From: Chloroflexota bacterium
Lineage (GTDB): Bacteria > Chloroflexota > Dehalococcoidia > UBA2979
Length of the DNA: 18,203 nucleotides
Assembly (NCBI GenBank): GCA_027593235.1
Contig: JAQCIU010000049.1
Coordinates: forward strand, 1 to 18,203
Reading direction: 5' to 3'
The notes under the pieces are model-generated. The model saw only the letters and a program-made list of their open reading frames with translations, had not been told where the DNA came from and did not search any database. Below, in pieces: positions 6,587-15,662 of the stretch (position 1 is its first letter; each line of letters starts with the position of its first letter). Position numbers and translations under genes: made by a program.

Positions 6587-7692
6587 TGGCCCGCTTCGAC
6601 CCCATCGCCTCGTTGCGGCCGCACATCCGCAACCTGCCACCCTACGAGGCCCTCGAAGACCTCGAGGAACTCGCGGCCGAGTACGGCTTCGATCCGGCCG
6701 ACGTCCTCAAGCTGGACGGCAACGAGAACCCGTTCGGTCCCTCGCCGAAGGCGCTCGCCGCGTTGCAGACCAACTACGGCGCCGATCGCTACGCCGATGC
6801 CGCCCAGTTCCGGCTCCGCTCCGCGCTCTCCAGCTACGTCGGCGTGCCGCCTGAGAACATCGTCGCCGGCGCCGGCTCGGACGAGTTGATCGATCTGATC
6901 TTCCGCCTCTGGGTTCAGGAGGGCGACACCGTCGTCACCTCCGGCCCCACCTTCGGCATGTACGCCTTCGACTCTGGCCTCAACGGCTCCACCCTTGTCG
7001 ATGTGCCCCGCAACGCCGACTGGGCCGTCGATCCCACCGCGCTGATCGGCGCGGCCCTCGAGGCCAAAGCCGTCTTCCTCGCCTCGCCGAACAACCCCAC
7101 CGGCAACCTCCTGCAGCCCGATCTGCTGGACGCGCTCCTCGAGACCGGCGCACTCGTCGTCCTCGACGAGGCCTACATCGAGTTCGCCGGCGTCGAGTCC
7201 GCCGCCGTCCGCTCGATCACGAACCCCGCCCTGCTCGTGCTCCGCACCTTCAGCAAGTGGGGCGGCATCGCCGGCATGCGTGTCGGCTACGCCACCGGCA
7301 CCGCCGAGGCCATCGACGTGATGCTCCGCGCCAAGCAGCCCTACAACATCTCCGCCGCCAGCCAGGCCGCCGCGCTCGCCACCCTCGAGGACGTCCCGAT
7401 CCTCGACGAGCGCGCGCGCATCCTCGTCGCCCAGCGCGATCGCCTCGCCGACGCGATGCGCCAGGCGGAGTGGCTCGAGCCCTTCCCCTCCGACACCAAC
7501 TTCCTGCTCGTCCGCGTCCACGACGGCCGCAGCGGGCGCGAGGTCTCCGAGGCCCTGCGCCGCCACGGCATCTTCGTCCGCACCTACGGCACGCCTCGCC
7601 TCGCGGACTGCTTCCGCATCTCCATGGGCACGCCGGAACAGACCGACCGCATCATCGCGGCGATCAGCGAAATGGGAGCCACCAGTGCGTGA
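6586..7692 (+). CDS. hisC: Histidinol-phosphate aminotransferase
   Basis: KLDGNENP, GSDELI, SPNNPTG, DEAYIEF, LRTFSK (PLP lysine), GMRVGY; TAATG overlap with hisD. Confidence 0.96.
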   Translation: MARFDPIASLRPHIRNLPPYEALEDLEELAAEYGFDPADVLKLDGNENPFGPSPKALAALQTNYGADRYADAAQFRLRSALSSYVGVPPENIVAGAGSDELIDLIFRLWVQEGDTVVTSGPTFGMYAFDSGLNGSTLVDVPRNADWAVDPTALIGAALEAKAVFLASPNNPTGNLLQPDLLDALLETGALVVLDEAYIEFAGVESAAVRSITNPALLVLRTFSKWGGIAGMRVGYATGTAEAIDVMLRAKQPYNISAASQAAALATLEDVPILDERARILVAQRDRLADAMRQAEWLEPFPSDTNFLLVRVHDGRSGREVSEALRRHGIFVRTYGTPRLADCFRISMGTPEQTDRIIAAISEMGATSA

Positions 7693-8296
7693 AGGATCCT
7701 CGAACCGCCGCGCCACCATCGATCGCGAGACCGCGGAGACCTCCATCCACGTCACCCTGAACGTGGACGGCGTCGGCCGCGCCCGCATCTCCACCGGCAT
7801 CGGCTTCTTCGATCACATGCTCGACGCCTTCGCCCGCCACGGCCGTTTCGACCTCACCGTCGAAACGAACGGGGACCTCCAGGTCGACGCGCACCACACC
7901 ATGGAAGACACCGCGCTCGCCGTCGGCCAGGCATTCGATCAGGCGCTTCAGAGCCGTGCCGGCATCGTCCGCATGGGCGACGCGCTCGTCCCGCTCGATG
8001 AGGCGCTCGTTCAGGCGATCGTCGATATCTCCGGCCGCCCCTACGCTGCCACCAGCTTCGACTTCGTCGGCGAACGCATCGGCGACGCGCCCACGGAAAT
8101 GGTGCCGCACGTCCTCTCCTCGTTCGCCACCGGCGCGCGTCTCACGCTCCACGTCCGCCAGCTCGCCGGCGCCAACGATCACCACATCGCCGAGGCCGCG
8201 ATGAAGGCGCTCGGCCGCGCCCTCGACGCCGCCACCCGCATCGATGGCCGCATCGTCGGGGAAGTCCCCTCGACGAAAGGCACGCTCACGACCTAG
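7685..8296 (+). CDS. hisB: Imidazoleglycerol-phosphate dehydratase (monofunctional)
   Basis: TGIGFFDHML, DAHHTMED, PLDEAL, NDHHIAEA, PSTKG; GGGAG SD at 7674-7678. Confidence 0.96.
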   Translation: MREGSSNRRATIDRETAETSIHVTLNVDGVGRARISTGIGFFDHMLDAFARHGRFDLTVETNGDLQVDAHHTMEDTALAVGQAFDQALQSRAGIVRMGDALVPLDEALVQAIVDISGRPYAATSFDFVGERIGDAPTEMVPHVLSSFATGARLTLHVRQLAGANDHHIAEAAMKALGRALDAATRIDGRIVGEVPSTKGTLTT

Positions 8297-8316
8297 CGCC
8301 CTCCGAGGAGGATCGC

Positions 8317-8955
8317 ATGCGCCTGCTCCTGACCGGCTTCGAACCGTTCGGCGGTGAGACCGTGAACCCATCGGGTGAAGTCGTGCGCGAGCTCGCCGCC
8401 GATCCACCGCCCGGCATCGAGCTGACGACGATCGTCATCCCGGTCCGTTTCCGCGCCGTCGCCGACGCGATCCTGCCCGCCCTCGCCAGCGACGCCCACG
8501 ACGTCTGGCTCGGCCTCGGCGAGGCCGGCAAGCGCTCCGAACTCTCCGTCGAGCGCGTCGGCATCAACGTCTTCGTCGATGCCGCGCTCCCCGTCTCGAA
8601 GCGCCGTGAGCGGCCAATCCGCGAGGCGGGGCCGGACGCCTACTTCGCGCGCCTCCCGCTCCAGCCGCTCGCCGCGATCATGCGCGAGGCGGGCGCCCCC
8701 TCCGTCGTCTCGAACACCGCCGGCACCTACTGCTGCAACGAGTCGCTCTACACCGTCCAGGACTACCTCGCGACCACTGCCCGCGACATCCCCAGCGGCT
8801 TCATCCACCTCCCCTACCTGCCGTCGCAGGTCGCGAACAAACCCGCCGGCACGCCCTCGATGGCGCTCGAAACCCAGCTCCGCGGCATCCGCGCCGCGAT
8901 CGAGCTGCTCCGCGCCCAACTCGCCACCACCACCCCCGCGCTGGCCAACGCATGA
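8317..8955 (+). CDS. pcp: Pyroglutamyl-peptidase I (peptidase C15)
   Basis: LLTGFEPFGGETVNPS; catalytic Glu (VERVGIN), Cys (AGTYCCN) and His (GFIHLP); SD GAGGAGG upstream. Confidence 0.93.
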   Translation: MRLLLTGFEPFGGETVNPSGEVVRELAADPPPGIELTTIVIPVRFRAVADAILPALASDAHDVWLGLGEAGKRSELSVERVGINVFVDAALPVSKRRERPIREAGPDAYFARLPLQPLAAIMREAGAPSVVSNTAGTYCCNESLYTVQDYLATTARDIPSGFIHLPYLPSQVANKPAGTPSMALETQLRGIRAAIELLRAQLATTTPALANA

Positions 8956-9770
8956 CCGAGGCCAACGACACCGCCTCCCTCCTCCGCTTCGCCCTCGATC
9001 TCGCCGACGAGGCCGACCAGATCTCCATGCGCTACTACCGAGGTGAACTCGGCACGGAACAGAAAGCGGACGGCTCGCTCGTCACCAAGGCAGACAAAGC
9101 AGTCGAAGCACACCTCCGCACCCGCATCACCGAGACCTATCCCGACCACGACATCCTCGGCGAGGAACAGGGCTTCACCCCCGGCGCCACCGCCGCCGCA
9201 GGCACCAGCACCGCCCGCTGGATCCTCGATCCGATCGACGGCACCCACGGCTTCGCCCGCGACCTCCCGGTCTGGGCGACCCTAATCGCCCTCGAACGCG
9301 ACGGCACCATCGAGGTCGGCGTCGCCTCCGCGCCCGCGCTCGGCACGCGCTGGTGGGCAGCACGCGACCTCGGCGCCTATCGCGGCGACCTCCACGCGCG
9401 CGGACGGGCAGGGGAGCGCATCGCCGTATCGGACATAACGACCATCGAGGAGGCCCATCTTCTCTACGGCTCCTACGGCCTCACCCTCGACGCCTGGCCG
9501 GGCGCCGACGCCCTCCTCCGCCGCGGCTGGCGCACCCGTGGCCTCGGCGACTTCTGGGCGCACTGCCTCGTCGCCGAAGGCTCCGCGGAGCTGATGCTCG
9601 AGGCGATCTGTTCGCCGTGGGACATGGCCGCCCTGATCGTCATCGTCGAGGAAGCCGGCGGCCGCATGACCGACCTCGCGGGCAACGCCGCCTTCGACGC
9701 CGGGCAATCCATCACCTCGAACGGCCACCTGCACGACGCGGTGCTCGCCGCGCTGCAGGAGTCTCGCTAG
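8952..9770 (+). CDS. hisN: Inositol monophosphatase-family histidinol-phosphate phosphatase
   Basis: VTKAD, ILGEE, WILDPIDGT, RGLGDFW, WDMAA motifs; in a his operon whose HisB has no phosphatase domain. Confidence 0.85.
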   Translation: MTEANDTASLLRFALDLADEADQISMRYYRGELGTEQKADGSLVTKADKAVEAHLRTRITETYPDHDILGEEQGFTPGATAAAGTSTARWILDPIDGTHGFARDLPVWATLIALERDGTIEVGVASAPALGTRWWAARDLGAYRGDLHARGRAGERIAVSDITTIEEAHLLYGSYGLTLDAWPGADALLRRGWRTRGLGDFWAHCLVAEGSAELMLEAICSPWDMAALIVIVEEAGGRMTDLAGNAAFDAGQSITSNGHLHDAVLAALQESR

Positions 9771-9796
9771 CGGCTTACAGTGCTGGCGGGGGACTG

Positions 9797-10051
9797 ATGG
9801 CCCACGTCGACGAGCAGATCACGAAGCTGGCGGCCGAGGACGGATACCGCGTCATCTCGCGGGACGAGCGCGTGGTGGTGCTGGAGCGGAAGAACTCCTG
9901 GCTCGCCGTCGCCATCACGGCAATCCTTGCCGGCGTGGGCGGCGGTGGCATGGCGATCCAGCGCTCTGACTGGGTCTACCTCGACGTTGACGAACGCGGG
10001 GAGGCGGTTGTGCAGCTATCGCCTCCACCTCGACAGGCCGAGCAGACGTAG
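9797..10051 (+). CDS. 84-aa hypothetical protein with one hydrophobic segment
   Basis: ATG 9797 after GGGGGA; MAHVDEQITKLAAEDGYRVISRDERVVVLERKNSWLAVAITAILAGVGGGGMAIQRSDWVYLDVDERGEAVVQLSPPPRQAEQT. It is the protein-like tail of track ORF 9353..10051 and fills the gap between hisN and the MFS gene. Confidence 0.7.
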   Translation: MAHVDEQITKLAAEDGYRVISRDERVVVLERKNSWLAVAITAILAGVGGGGMAIQRSDWVYLDVDERGEAVVQLSPPPRQAEQT

Positions 10052-11293
10052 CTACGTCGAGTCACGGCCAGGACGAGGCGCACGACCGGCGCGAGAGCGA
10101 ACGATCACCAGCCCGGCCACCGCGGCCGTCGCCGCCGCACAGCTGAAGATCACCGCGAGGCTCGCCGACTGAGCCACGATCGCCAGCGTCCCCCCGGCAA
10201 GGATCTCCCCGAACGACTCCATCTGCGCGAGGAACGACTGCACTGTCGCCCGCACATCGCTCGTCGCCCGCCGGTTCACCCAGATCTCGCTGACCGAGCG
10301 CGCGACCGGCCACCCCACGCCCTGCGCGAGGATCACCCCCGCCATCGCCGTCACGTCCTCGGGCGCGTGCGCAACCACGAGCAGCCCGGCCGCCCCGACC
10401 GCGCACGCGACGACGTACGTCCGCCGCGCCACCCCCGTGTCGTCGATTCGCGCCTCCACGAAACGCAGCGCCACCGCGCCCGCCGCCAGCGTGACAAGGC
10501 CCAGCGCCGTCAGCCACACGATCGGTGCCGGGTCCTGCGGCAGCCCGAGGGCGATCAGCTGCTTCGGCACCAGGAAGCTCACCTCGGAGGCCGCGTTCAC
10601 CAGTAACCACGCCGCAAAGACGGTCAGGATCTCGTGGTCGTGCCGCGCGACCCGGACCCCGCGACGAAAGATCGAGAACGACTCGCGCAGCCGGTTCCCC
10701 TTCGCCCTCGTGAAGTTGCGCTCCGGGAACACCACCGCGACAACCAGCCCAAGCACCACCGTCGCGGACCCGGCCACGACGATCGCCGCCGCCAGGCTCA
10801 CGACCCACGCCAGCGCGCCAAACGTAACCAGCCCGACCGCGCCGCCAAGCTGCGCCCAGCGCGCACGCGCGATCAGCACGCGCGAGATGCGCGCTGGCTG
10901 GTTCAGCTCGTCGGTCACCCAGGCAATGTCCGCGCCACTGGCGAACGTCCACCCCAGCCCCCACAGCACCTGCGTCAGCAGGATCAGCGGGAACGCCGTG
11001 ACGAACCCGGTCATCGCCATCCCCGCGCCCATCACCAGTTGCGCGATCACCAGCGACCACTTGCGGCTGATCGTGTCCGCCATCACCCCGGTCGGCACCT
11101 CGGCGACCACGGTCGTCAGCGCAAGCACCGCCCCGTAGACCAGTAACTGCGCCGCCGACAGCTCCGCCTCGACCACGAGGTACAGGCTCGTCACCAACCA
11201 CCAGCCGCGATGGAAGACGGCGTGAATCGACGACCACCAGATGAAGGTGCGCGCGACGTCGCGAGGCGATCCGGGAGATGGGTGTGAGGTCAC
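10052..11293 (-). CDS. Major facilitator superfamily transporter
   Basis: About 12 hydrophobic segments in 413 aa; motif A-like EVPTGVMADTISRK; GWTFASGAD; RATVQS. Confidence 0.9.
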   Translation of the reverse strand: MTSHPSPGSPRDVARTFIWWSSIHAVFHRGWWLVTSLYLVVEAELSAAQLLVYGAVLALTTVVAEVPTGVMADTISRKWSLVIAQLVMGAGMAMTGFVTAFPLILLTQVLWGLGWTFASGADIAWVTDELNQPARISRVLIARARWAQLGGAVGLVTFGALAWVVSLAAAIVVAGSATVVLGLVVAVVFPERNFTRAKGNRLRESFSIFRRGVRVARHDHEILTVFAAWLLVNAASEVSFLVPKQLIALGLPQDPAPIVWLTALGLVTLAAGAVALRFVEARIDDTGVARRTYVVACAVGAAGLLVVAHAPEDVTAMAGVILAQGVGWPVARSVSEIWVNRRATSDVRATVQSFLAQMESFGEILAGGTLAIVAQSASLAVIFSCAAATAAVAGLVIVRSRAGRAPRPGRDST

Positions 11294-11384
11294 GGCGAAC
11301 AGCTCTCAGCGTTCGGGCACGGCGCCTGTTGCGGTCGTGGAGCTGGGATCGCCGGCTAAGCCGGCTGCGAGTGTAGCCGTCGGG

Positions 11385-11657
11385 TCAATCGCCGGCGGCT
11401 ACCGCAACCTCCGCGAGGTCGAAGCGGAAGTCCTCGATCACCTGGTTCGCCAGCAGTTGCCGGCACATCTCCGTGATCGACGCCTCCGCGGACTCGGCGC
11501 TCGGCGCCTCCAGCGTGACCTCGATCCGCTTGCCCACCCGTACCCGCTGCGCCCCCGCGAACCCGAGGTTCTTCAACCCATCGAGGACCGCCAACCCCTG
11601 CGGGTCGTTCACCAGCGGCTTCAGCATCACTTCGATCTCGGCGAGGTAGCTGGCCAT
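11385..11657 (-). CDS. purS: Phosphoribosylformylglycinamidine synthase subunit PurS
   Basis: LKPLVNDPQG, VRVGKRIE, MCRQLLANQVIEDF; SD AAGGA. Confidence 0.95.
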   Translation of the reverse strand: MASYLAEIEVMLKPLVNDPQGLAVLDGLKNLGFAGAQRVRVGKRIEVTLEAPSAESAEASITEMCRQLLANQVIEDFRFDLAEVAVAAGD

Positions 11658-11710
11658 CGGTTGTCCTTCTCGTCGGTCTCAATCGAGACCCGTTGTTCCA
11701 GTCGGGGGCG

Positions 11711-12619
11711 CTAGCCCGGCAGTTCGCTCCCGGTGATCAGGCGGTACGCCTCCAGGTAGCGCGCGCTCGTCGCCTCAACCACCTCGTCCGGCAGCACCGG
11801 GCCCGGCGCCGTCTTGCCCCAGTCGAGACCTTCGAGGTAGTCGCGCAACGGCTGCTTGTCGAAGGACGGCTGGTCCGCGCCTGGCAGGTACTTCGACGAC
11901 GGCCAGAACCGCGAGGAGTCGGGGGTCATCACCTCGTCGATCAGCGTCACTTCACCGTTCAGCATCCCGAACTCGAACTTCGTGTCGGCGACCAGGATCC
12001 CCCGCTGTGCCGCGTGATGCGAGCCGTACCGATAGAGCGCCAGCGCGCGCAGCCGCACCGCGTTCGCCACCTCGACGCCCAGCACCGCCTCGGCCTCCTC
12101 GAACGTCATCGGCGCATCGTGGTCGGGTGGCTCCGCCTTCGTCGAGGGTGTGAAGATCGGCTCCATCAGTTGGCTGCACTTCAGCAACCCCTTCGGCAGC
12201 GTGATCCCGCAGATCGATCCGCTTCGTTGGTACTCCGCCCAACCAGACCCCGCGACATAACCGCGCACCACCGCTTCGACCTTCAGCACCTCGGCGCGGC
12301 GCATCACCATCGAGCGCCCGTAGTACTCCGCCGGGCAGTCCACCCCCAGCTCCGAGGCGTTCGAGGCATCGAGGACCGCGATGAAGGCGTTGGGCACGAC
12401 CTCGGTGGTGCGCTGGAACCAGAACTCCGAGAGGCGGGTCAGTACCTCGCCCTTCCTCGGGATGCCGTTCGGCAGCACCACGTCGAACGCCGAGACGCGG
12501 TCGGTGGCGACGAGAAGCAACCGGTCGTCGCCCAGTGCGTAGAGGTCGCGCACCTTGGCGCGGTGCAGCAGCTCGAGGTCGAGCGACGTCTCCATCATCA
12601 CTGGCGTGGCGACAGTCAT
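11711..12619 (-). CDS. purC: SAICAR synthetase
   Basis: KVRDLY, DRVSAFD, FTPSTKA, DTKFEFG, DEVMTPDSSRFW, FDKQ. Confidence 0.96.
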   Translation of the reverse strand: MTVATPVMMETSLDLELLHRAKVRDLYALGDDRLLLVATDRVSAFDVVLPNGIPRKGEVLTRLSEFWFQRTTEVVPNAFIAVLDASNASELGVDCPAEYYGRSMVMRRAEVLKVEAVVRGYVAGSGWAEYQRSGSICGITLPKGLLKCSQLMEPIFTPSTKAEPPDHDAPMTFEEAEAVLGVEVANAVRLRALALYRYGSHHAAQRGILVADTKFEFGMLNGEVTLIDEVMTPDSSRFWPSSKYLPGADQPSFDKQPLRDYLEGLDWGKTAPGPVLPDEVVEATSARYLEAYRLITGSELPG

Positions 12620-13938
12620 GCGTTCACTCCACTGGCGGCGGCGCCGAGGCCGAGTCGATCGAACGAGTCGTCGACGTGAGCCAGATACGCCTCGATGTTG
12701 AACAGGGCGTCGAAGTCGGCCGGCGAGAGTCTCGAGGTCACCTCGGCGTCCGCCTCGAGCAGCTCGCGGTAGGGGAGGTCGTCGTGCCAGGCGCGCATCG
12801 CGTGCCCCTGCACGATCTTGTACGCCGCCTCGCGGGTCATGCCCGCCGCCAGCAGCGCGTTCAGCACCTTCGCCGAGAAGATGAGGCCGCGCGTCATGTC
12901 GAGGTTCTGGCGCATCCGCTCGGGGTACACCACCAACCCGCGCATCACCCCGGTCAAGATCTTCAGGCTGTAGGCCAGCAGGCCGGTCGAGTCGGGGAAC
13001 GCGATCCGCTCTGCGCCCGAGTGCGAGATGTCGCGCTCGTGCCAGAGCGGCACGTTTTCAAGGCCGACCGTCGCGTAGCCGCGCAGCGTGCGCGCGAGAC
13101 CGCAGACCCGCTCGCACAACTCCGGGTTCCGCTTGTGCGGCATCGAGGACGATCCGGTCTGCGCGCCCTCGGTGAACGGCTCCTCCGCCTCGCGGATCTC
13201 CGTGCGCTGGAGCGCGCGGATCTCGGTCGCGAACTTTTCGAGCGAAGCGCCGACACCGGCGAGCACCGAGAGATAGAACGCGTGTCGGTCCCGCTGAATG
13301 ATCTGCGTCGTGATCGGCGCGACCGCGAGGCCCAGCCGGTTGCAGGCGTTCGCCTCGACCGACGGCGGCACCGAGGCGTGCGTGCCGACCGGACCGGACA
13401 TCTGGCCGACGGCGACCTGCTCGCGCGCCAGCGCGAGGCGCTCCTCGTGGCGGCGCAGCTCATCGACCCAGACGGCGAGCTTGAGGCCGAAGGTGGTCGG
13501 CTCGGCGTGAACGCCGTGGGTACGGCCGATGCAGATGGTGCGACGGTGCTCGACCGCCCGCTTCGCGATGACGGCTTTCAGCTCCCCGACCTGGGCGGTC
13601 AGGAAGTCCAGCGCGTCCACGAGCTGCAGGCAGGTCGCGGTGTCCCAGACGTCGTTGCTGGTGAGGCCGTAGTGCACCCAGCGCGACTCGTCGCCCAGCG
13701 AATCGGCGACTGATCGCAGGAACGCCGTCACGTCGTGGTGCGTCTCCTCGATGTAGCGCATCACGTCCGGCACGTGCACCCGCGCCTTCGAGGTGATCGC
13801 CGCCACGTCCGCGGCCGGGATCACACCCTCGTCGCCCCACGCCTCCACGACCGCCAGTTCGACCTTCAGCCAGGTCTGGAACTTGTGCTCGTCGGACCAG
13901 ATCGCCGTCAGCTCCGGAACGCTGTAACGGTCAATCAT
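12616..13938 (-). CDS. purB: Adenylosuccinate lyase
   Basis: MIDRY start, HHDVTAF, HYGLTS, GRTHGVHAEPTTFG, SSSMPHKRNP, HERDISHS. Confidence 0.97.
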   Translation of the reverse strand: MIDRYSVPELTAIWSDEHKFQTWLKVELAVVEAWGDEGVIPAADVAAITSKARVHVPDVMRYIEETHHDVTAFLRSVADSLGDESRWVHYGLTSNDVWDTATCLQLVDALDFLTAQVGELKAVIAKRAVEHRRTICIGRTHGVHAEPTTFGLKLAVWVDELRRHEERLALAREQVAVGQMSGPVGTHASVPPSVEANACNRLGLAVAPITTQIIQRDRHAFYLSVLAGVGASLEKFATEIRALQRTEIREAEEPFTEGAQTGSSSMPHKRNPELCERVCGLARTLRGYATVGLENVPLWHERDISHSGAERIAFPDSTGLLAYSLKILTGVMRGLVVYPERMRQNLDMTRGLIFSAKVLNALLAAGMTREAAYKIVQGHAMRAWHDDLPYRELLEADAEVTSRLSPADFDALFNIEAYLAHVDDSFDRLGLGAAASGVNA

Positions 13939-14269
13939 TCGCGAACTCCTCGCGTACCGGCGAGAACACCTCGATCAGCGTCGCCGCATCCACGGCGCGC
14001 ACGTAGTGCGGCATCCCACCCGGGATCAGATAAGACGCACCCGGTCCCAGCATCCAGTTCTCGTCGCCGATCTCAAGCTGAATCTCACCGTCGGCGACGG
14101 TACCCGCCTGCTCGTGCGGATGCGTGTGCCCCGGAACCTCGGCGCCCGGACTGAGCGTGATCTGAACCAGCGTCACGTGATCGCCGGAGACCAGCGTTCG
14201 CCGGACCACCCCCGGAAACATCTCGATCGGTTTCGTCTCGCTGTATTCGCGTGTTCGGGGGTCGGCCAT
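13931..14269 (-). CDS. Cupin domain protein (Cupin_2-like, metal-binding)
   Basis: HTHPHEQ and IPGGMPH cupin motifs, C-terminal EVFSPVRE; SD AAGGAG; 8-bp overlap with purB. Confidence 0.9.
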   Translation of the reverse strand: MADPRTREYSETKPIEMFPGVVRRTLVSGDHVTLVQITLSPGAEVPGHTHPHEQAGTVADGEIQLEIGDENWMLGPGASYLIPGGMPHYVRAVDAATLIEVFSPVREEFAND

Positions 14270-14357
14270 GGGGAGGCTCCTTCGAGCTAGCCGGCGTGTC
14301 GGTTCGTCGTTCGGTCAGTTGCAGCGCGGTTGTTCGTCTCGTTGCTCATCGGCCAGC

Positions 14358-15644
14358 TCATCGCACGCCGACCTGCAAGGGCTGATCGGCGGTCAGTCCG
14401 ATGTCCGTCCGATAGTGCGCGCCCTCGAAGGAGATGCGCGCCACGTTCTCGTAGGCGCGCACGCGCGCCTCCTCGATCGTCGTGCCGCGCGCGACCACGC
14501 AGAGCACGCGCCCGCCCGCCGTCACGAGCTGGCCGCCCTCCTCGCGCGCTCCCGCCACGAACACCTGCACGTCCGCGTCGACGCGATCGAGGCCGCTGAT
14601 CGGCTTTCCCGTTTCGTAGCTTCCGGGATACCCGCCCGACGCCATCATCACGCCCACCGTCGCGACGTCGTCCCACTCCACCTCGACGTCCGCCAATCGG
14701 CGTTCCGCCACGGCGAGGCAGATCTCCAGCAGGTCGCTACGCAGCTTCGTGAGCAAGATCTCGGTCTCGGGATCCCCGAACCGCGCGTTGAACTCCACAA
14801 CCTTCGGGCCAGCCGGAGTCACCATCAACCCGGGGTAGAGCACCCCCGCGAACGGTCGGCCCGCCGCGGCGAGCGCTGCGATCGCGCGCTCGGTCACGTC
14901 AAGGCGGATCCGCTCGGCAATCTCCTCGTCGAGCCAGCCGGGCGGCGAATAGACGCCCATCCCGCCCGTATTCGGACCAACGTTCCCGTCGAACACCGGC
15001 TTGTGGTCGCAGGAGAACGGCATGTGCCGCACCGTCGTCCCGTCGCTGAACGCGTGCGCCGAGGTCTCGCGCCCGTACATCCGTTCCTCGACGACGATCC
15101 GCGTACCCGCGTCGCCGAACAGGCGCTCGACCATCACCTGATCGATCGCCGCCTCCGCCTCCGCGATGTCGTCACAGACAGTCACGCCCTTACCGGCGGT
15201 GAGGCCGTCGGGCTTGATCACGACCTGGTAGCCGCACTCCCGGACATAGCGTTTCGCCGTCTCGGGGTCGTCGAACGATTGGGAGATCGCGGTGGCGATG
15301 CCAGCCTCGGCCATGAGCTGATTGGCGAATGCCTTCGAACCCTCGATCTGCGCCGCGGCGGCGCTCGGGGCAAAGACCTTGAAACCCGCCTCCGCGAGGC
15401 GATCCGCGAGACCGGCGGAGATCGGGTCGTCCGGACCGACGATCACGAGGTCCGCGCTGACACGCTCCGCAAGTCCGAGCACGGCGTCAAAGTCCATCAC
15501 CGTGACGTCGGACACCAGCTCGCCAAGCTGCTGCATCCCGGCGTTCCCGGGCGCGATCCAGAGCTTCGAGAGCCGCGGAGATTGTGCGAGCTTCCAGGCG
15601 ATCGCGTGCTCGCGTCCGCCGCTGCCGAGTAAGAGGACGTTCAT
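14358..15644 (-). CDS. purD: Phosphoribosylamine--glycine ligase
   Basis: GSGGREHA, EGSKAFA, KPDGLTAGKGV, GPNTGGMG, EFNARFGDPE, TAGGRVL. Confidence 0.97.
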   Translation of the reverse strand: MNVLLLGSGGREHAIAWKLAQSPRLSKLWIAPGNAGMQQLGELVSDVTVMDFDAVLGLAERVSADLVIVGPDDPISAGLADRLAEAGFKVFAPSAAAAQIEGSKAFANQLMAEAGIATAISQSFDDPETAKRYVRECGYQVVIKPDGLTAGKGVTVCDDIAEAEAAIDQVMVERLFGDAGTRIVVEERMYGRETSAHAFSDGTTVRHMPFSCDHKPVFDGNVGPNTGGMGVYSPPGWLDEEIAERIRLDVTERAIAALAAAGRPFAGVLYPGLMVTPAGPKVVEFNARFGDPETEILLTKLRSDLLEICLAVAERRLADVEVEWDDVATVGVMMASGGYPGSYETGKPISGLDRVDADVQVFVAGAREEGGQLVTAGGRVLCVVARGTTIEEARVRAYENVARISFEGAHYRTDIGLTADQPLQVGVR

Positions 15645-15662
15645 CGCCCTACCCCCACTCGC

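Noticed and set aside
9353-9796. N-terminal part of the 232-aa track ORF
   Set aside because: Arg/Pro-rich off-frame reading of hisN; only the part from ATG 9797 looks protein-like.
11351-11379. Small inverted repeats downstream of purS as a terminator
   Set aside because: Short overlapping GC stems (GCCGGC-taa-GCCGGC; CGGCT...AGCCG) with no U-tract; not distinguishable from chance at this GC content.
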